From positions 28,422-92,421 of the forward strand of contig JBBTSD010000001.1 in the NCBI GenBank assembly GCA_038064835.1: a DNA stretch of 64,000 bases, written 5' to 3'. The notes below the pieces were generated by a model, which saw only the letters and a program-made list of their open reading frames with translations, was not told the DNA's origin and ran no database searches. The position numbers were made by a program, and so were the translations under genes. Each line of letters starts with the position of its first letter. Positions within the stretch are counted from its first letter, which is position 1. Positions 62,000-64,000 of the stretch are shown piece after piece. The DNA is from Patescibacteria group bacterium. Its GTDB lineage: Bacteria > Patescibacteriota > Minisyncoccia > Phycocordibacterales > UBA2100.

Positions 62000-63492
62000 T
62001 GTCTTTTGAAGGTTGCGTACAGCACTGCGCTACAGGCACCCAGGATCGATAGAATCCACAAAAGCCAATATCCCGATACCAGGTTCTCAAGGAGTTTTTC
62101 GTTTTTTATAAGGTCGGGAGAGACTTTTATCTGCGGGCTGATATCGTACGCAAATCCATTTTTAAATATGGGGGTATCAAGGACCTGGGCGTTGTCGGTA
62201 CGAATCCATTCGTTATGTGCAAATGGACGATATTCGAGGACACACACATCCTCAACATCAACAATCCTTTCATATTTCTCACCGTTGATGGAGTGGTCGA
62301 ATGTCCATGAAATTCGCGCAACAGAGTCGTCCCGCATGCATTTTGTTTTCAGGGGGAACCAGTAGCGATAGGGGTCGCAGCGATTATTGGCGACATGATT
62401 TTCTCGAGCAAGGACAATTGGCTCGGTGTTGCCAGTGCTATAGACAGTGGCTTTCGAGAAGCATTGATGGTTTGCTTCAAACATGTACATGCCGTAGTAG
62501 TTTCCCTCAAGTGTTTTTTTCTGATCTCCAGGGATAAGGATCCCCGTGAGTTGCCCCGCCAATAAGAAAAGAAGGAATAGGTACCCGAGTAAAGTATTCC
62601 GCGTTATTCTTTTAATGTGGAAGTGTCCCTGTTGTGAAAACAAGATAAAGAGGGCGGGGATCGAGATTGCGATATAGCGGTAGTTCACAATAATACCCGA
62701 ATAGATGTGGAAGAGGAGGAAATAGGTGAGCGCAGCGGTCTGAAGCAGCCTTCTATTTGAGAGAAGGAACCAGCTACCAACCATTTGCATCACGATCACG
62801 ATATTCGTAAAGAAGGGAAGAATTGCATGATTAAACAAGGGTGCTCCGGTAAAGAGCGAGTTGAAGTAGTTGGCAAAAATCCAGCCACCATCAATTTTTA
62901 TACTTGAGGCCAATACATACAGAAATACAAAAGTGATTTTTGCAAAATACTCTTTTTCGCGCATGAACAGCCATACGAATGCGAGCGCCATGTCGTAATA
63001 ATCAAAATTTCCTGTCAGGCCATAGGTAAAGAAAAATCCGACGATTACTTTCCAGATAAGACAGGAAAGGATGACGACATGAGCAGAAGTCCAATCCTTG
63101 CGGTATGCCGCATAGACACCGTAGCTTAAGGCGAGGAATAGGAGTAGGTAGAATGCGCTCTGACTGTATCCATAGGGAAGTGACTCGAGAAAAAGGTATT
63201 CGCCACAGGATGGAAAATATGGTGGGCAGACATGGAGGCCATTTTGATAAGTAGAGATGCTAATGAAATTCTTTTCAACCCACCCGAAAAAAGTAATGAA
63301 AAAAGAGAGACTTAGAGCATAAAAGAGTAGCTGAAGGACAGGGCTACTTTCAATCTCCTGAATAGCAAAGAACTGGTAATATCTTCTCTTTAAATTGAAC
63401 ACCATGAGTATGATAGTATAGGCAAGTCGTCCCTCAAGCAAAGTGCCTATGCTTAGTCGAAAAGAAGTTGCATTTATACTACTGGTCATCAT
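61996..63492 (-). CDS. Polytopic integral membrane protein (~10 TM) with a C-terminal soluble Cys-containing domain; possibly HTTM/VKGC-like (unverified)
   Basis: A long hydrophobic N-terminal two-thirds; no motif confirmed. The start may be an internal Met (~63408), because the annotated 5' end overlaps the divergent gene. Confidence 0.45.
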   Translation of the reverse strand: MMTSSINATSFRLSIGTLLEGRLAYTIILMVFNLKRRYYQFFAIQEIESSPVLQLLFYALSLSFFITFFGWVEKNFISISTYQNGLHVCPPYFPSCGEYLFLESLPYGYSQSAFYLLLFLALSYGVYAAYRKDWTSAHVVILSCLIWKVIVGFFFTYGLTGNFDYYDMALAFVWLFMREKEYFAKITFVFLYVLASSIKIDGGWIFANYFNSLFTGAPLFNHAILPFFTNIVIVMQMVGSWFLLSNRRLLQTAALTYFLLFHIYSGIIVNYRYIAISIPALFILFSQQGHFHIKRITRNTLLGYLFLLFLLAGQLTGILIPGDQKKTLEGNYYGMYMFEANHQCFSKATVYSTGNTEPIVLARENHVANNRCDPYRYWFPLKTKCMRDDSVARISWTFDHSINGEKYERIVDVEDVCVLEYRPFAHNEWIRTDNAQVLDTPIFKNGFAYDISPQIKVSPDLIKNEKLLENLVSGYWLLWILSILGACSAVLYATFKRQ

Positions 63493-64000
63493 CTCGTCTT
63501 TTGCAGGTCACCAGTATGTCCAAGAGCTACGGACAAAGAACATAGCAGATTTCTACACCATCATCGAAAACCAAGAGAAGATTAAGGATGATGTTCCGAT
63601 CACTCCTGAAGACTTCTCAGCAATTCAACAGTGCGGGAGGGTTGCAAAAAGTAGCGGCGCCAGCATGGAAGAGTGCGCGCGTGATTTTTATGATAAGTAC
63701 ACCATGAAGCACGGTGGAGAGGCGGCATTTGCGCACCTGGCTCGACTCCAAAAGGAGCATCCCGATCTACTGCCAAGTTGCCATTACATCTCCCATGGTA
63801 TTGGGCATGCAGTTTTGCGCCAGAATAATAACGACCCTTACAAAGCTTTTGCTTTTATGCAGTCAGGAGGATATTTCAAGAATGTAGTTACCTGCGGGAA
63901 CGGCTTTTTCCACGGTGTTATCGAAGAAATTGCAAAAAAAATTAAGGACAAAGATCAGCTTGTTGAGGTGTTGGGTTCTGTATGCGCAAATGAGAAGATA
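63449..64000 (+). CDS. 3'-partial gene: membrane-anchored Cys/His-rich protein, paralog of the 48703-49914 gene
   Basis: I translated frame 63449 by hand: MLSRKEVAFILLVIISSFAGHQ...SCHYISHGIGHAV...TCGNGFFHGVIEEI..., which parallels CHVHAHKVG...CGYGFFHGFLEHL. It runs off the window end and is not in the ORF track. Confidence 0.4.
   Translation, partial: MLSRKEVAFILLVIISSFAGHQYVQELRTKNIADFYTIIENQEKIKDDVPITPEDFSAIQQCGRVAKSSGASMEECARDFYDKYTMKHGGEAAFAHLARLQKEHPDLLPSCHYISHGIGHAVLRQNNNDPYKAFAFMQSGGYFKNVVTCGNGFFHGVIEEIAKKIKDKDQLVEVLGSVCANEKI

Noticed and set aside
61996-63492. Assigning the polytopic membrane protein to the HTTM / vitamin-K-dependent gamma-carboxylase-like family
   Set aside because: It is only a size and topology impression with no motif I can verify. 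I kept it as an unassigned membrane protein.

Overview
This is a 64-kb bacterial chromosomal window. GC looks like about 55-60% by eye, coding density is high, and I found no rRNA, tRNA, CRISPR array, transposase or integrase. Gene content and features such as a giant ORF and fused E1 subunits hint at an uncultivated or reduced-genome lineage, but I cannot place the organism.

Layout, start to end:
(1) nt 1-24363 is one giant, 5'-truncated ORF of at least 8,109 aa on the + strand, with low-complexity Ala/Pro/Arg regions, internal duplications and several enzyme-like modules.
(2) nt 24.4-30.5 kb holds cell-envelope genes: two paralogous secreted coiled-coil/peptidoglycan-binding proteins with PKD or Cys-repeat domains (one with a cupredoxin domain whose Cu-ligand Cys is Ser), a HIT hydrolase, and an L,D-transpeptidase fused to a D,D-carboxypeptidase.
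(3) nt 30.5-50 kb holds housekeeping genes: recJ, rnhA, SPFH/flotillin proteins, lipB, fused E1 alpha/beta plus E2 of a 2-oxoacid dehydrogenase, mscL, a HAD hydrolase, a split comEC flanking an Fe/Mn superoxide dismutase, a matrixin-like protease, rpmB and a site-2 protease.
(4) The str operon rpsL-rpsG...fusA is interrupted by a ~7.3-kb insertion (nt ~50.9-58.2 kb). It encodes a SagB-type dehydrogenase, a standalone YcaO, a 1074-aa AMMECR1-like/helical/YcaO fusion, a ~150-aa precursor-like ORF with a Cys/Ser/Gly-rich C-terminal core, and a membrane-anchored helical protein. This looks like a TOMM/azoline-type RiPP biosynthetic island and is the most interesting part of the window.
(5) After fusA come a PRTase-PQQ beta-propeller fusion, a polytopic membrane protein and a 3'-partial paralog of a Cys/His-rich secreted family.

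Coordinates of internal motifs are approximate (a few nt). In one region (~53.16-54.0 kb) my manual codon count disagreed by 1 nt with the supplied ORF track, so I used the ORF-track coordinates for CDS boundaries. All domain calls are from motif recognition by eye, not from database searches.
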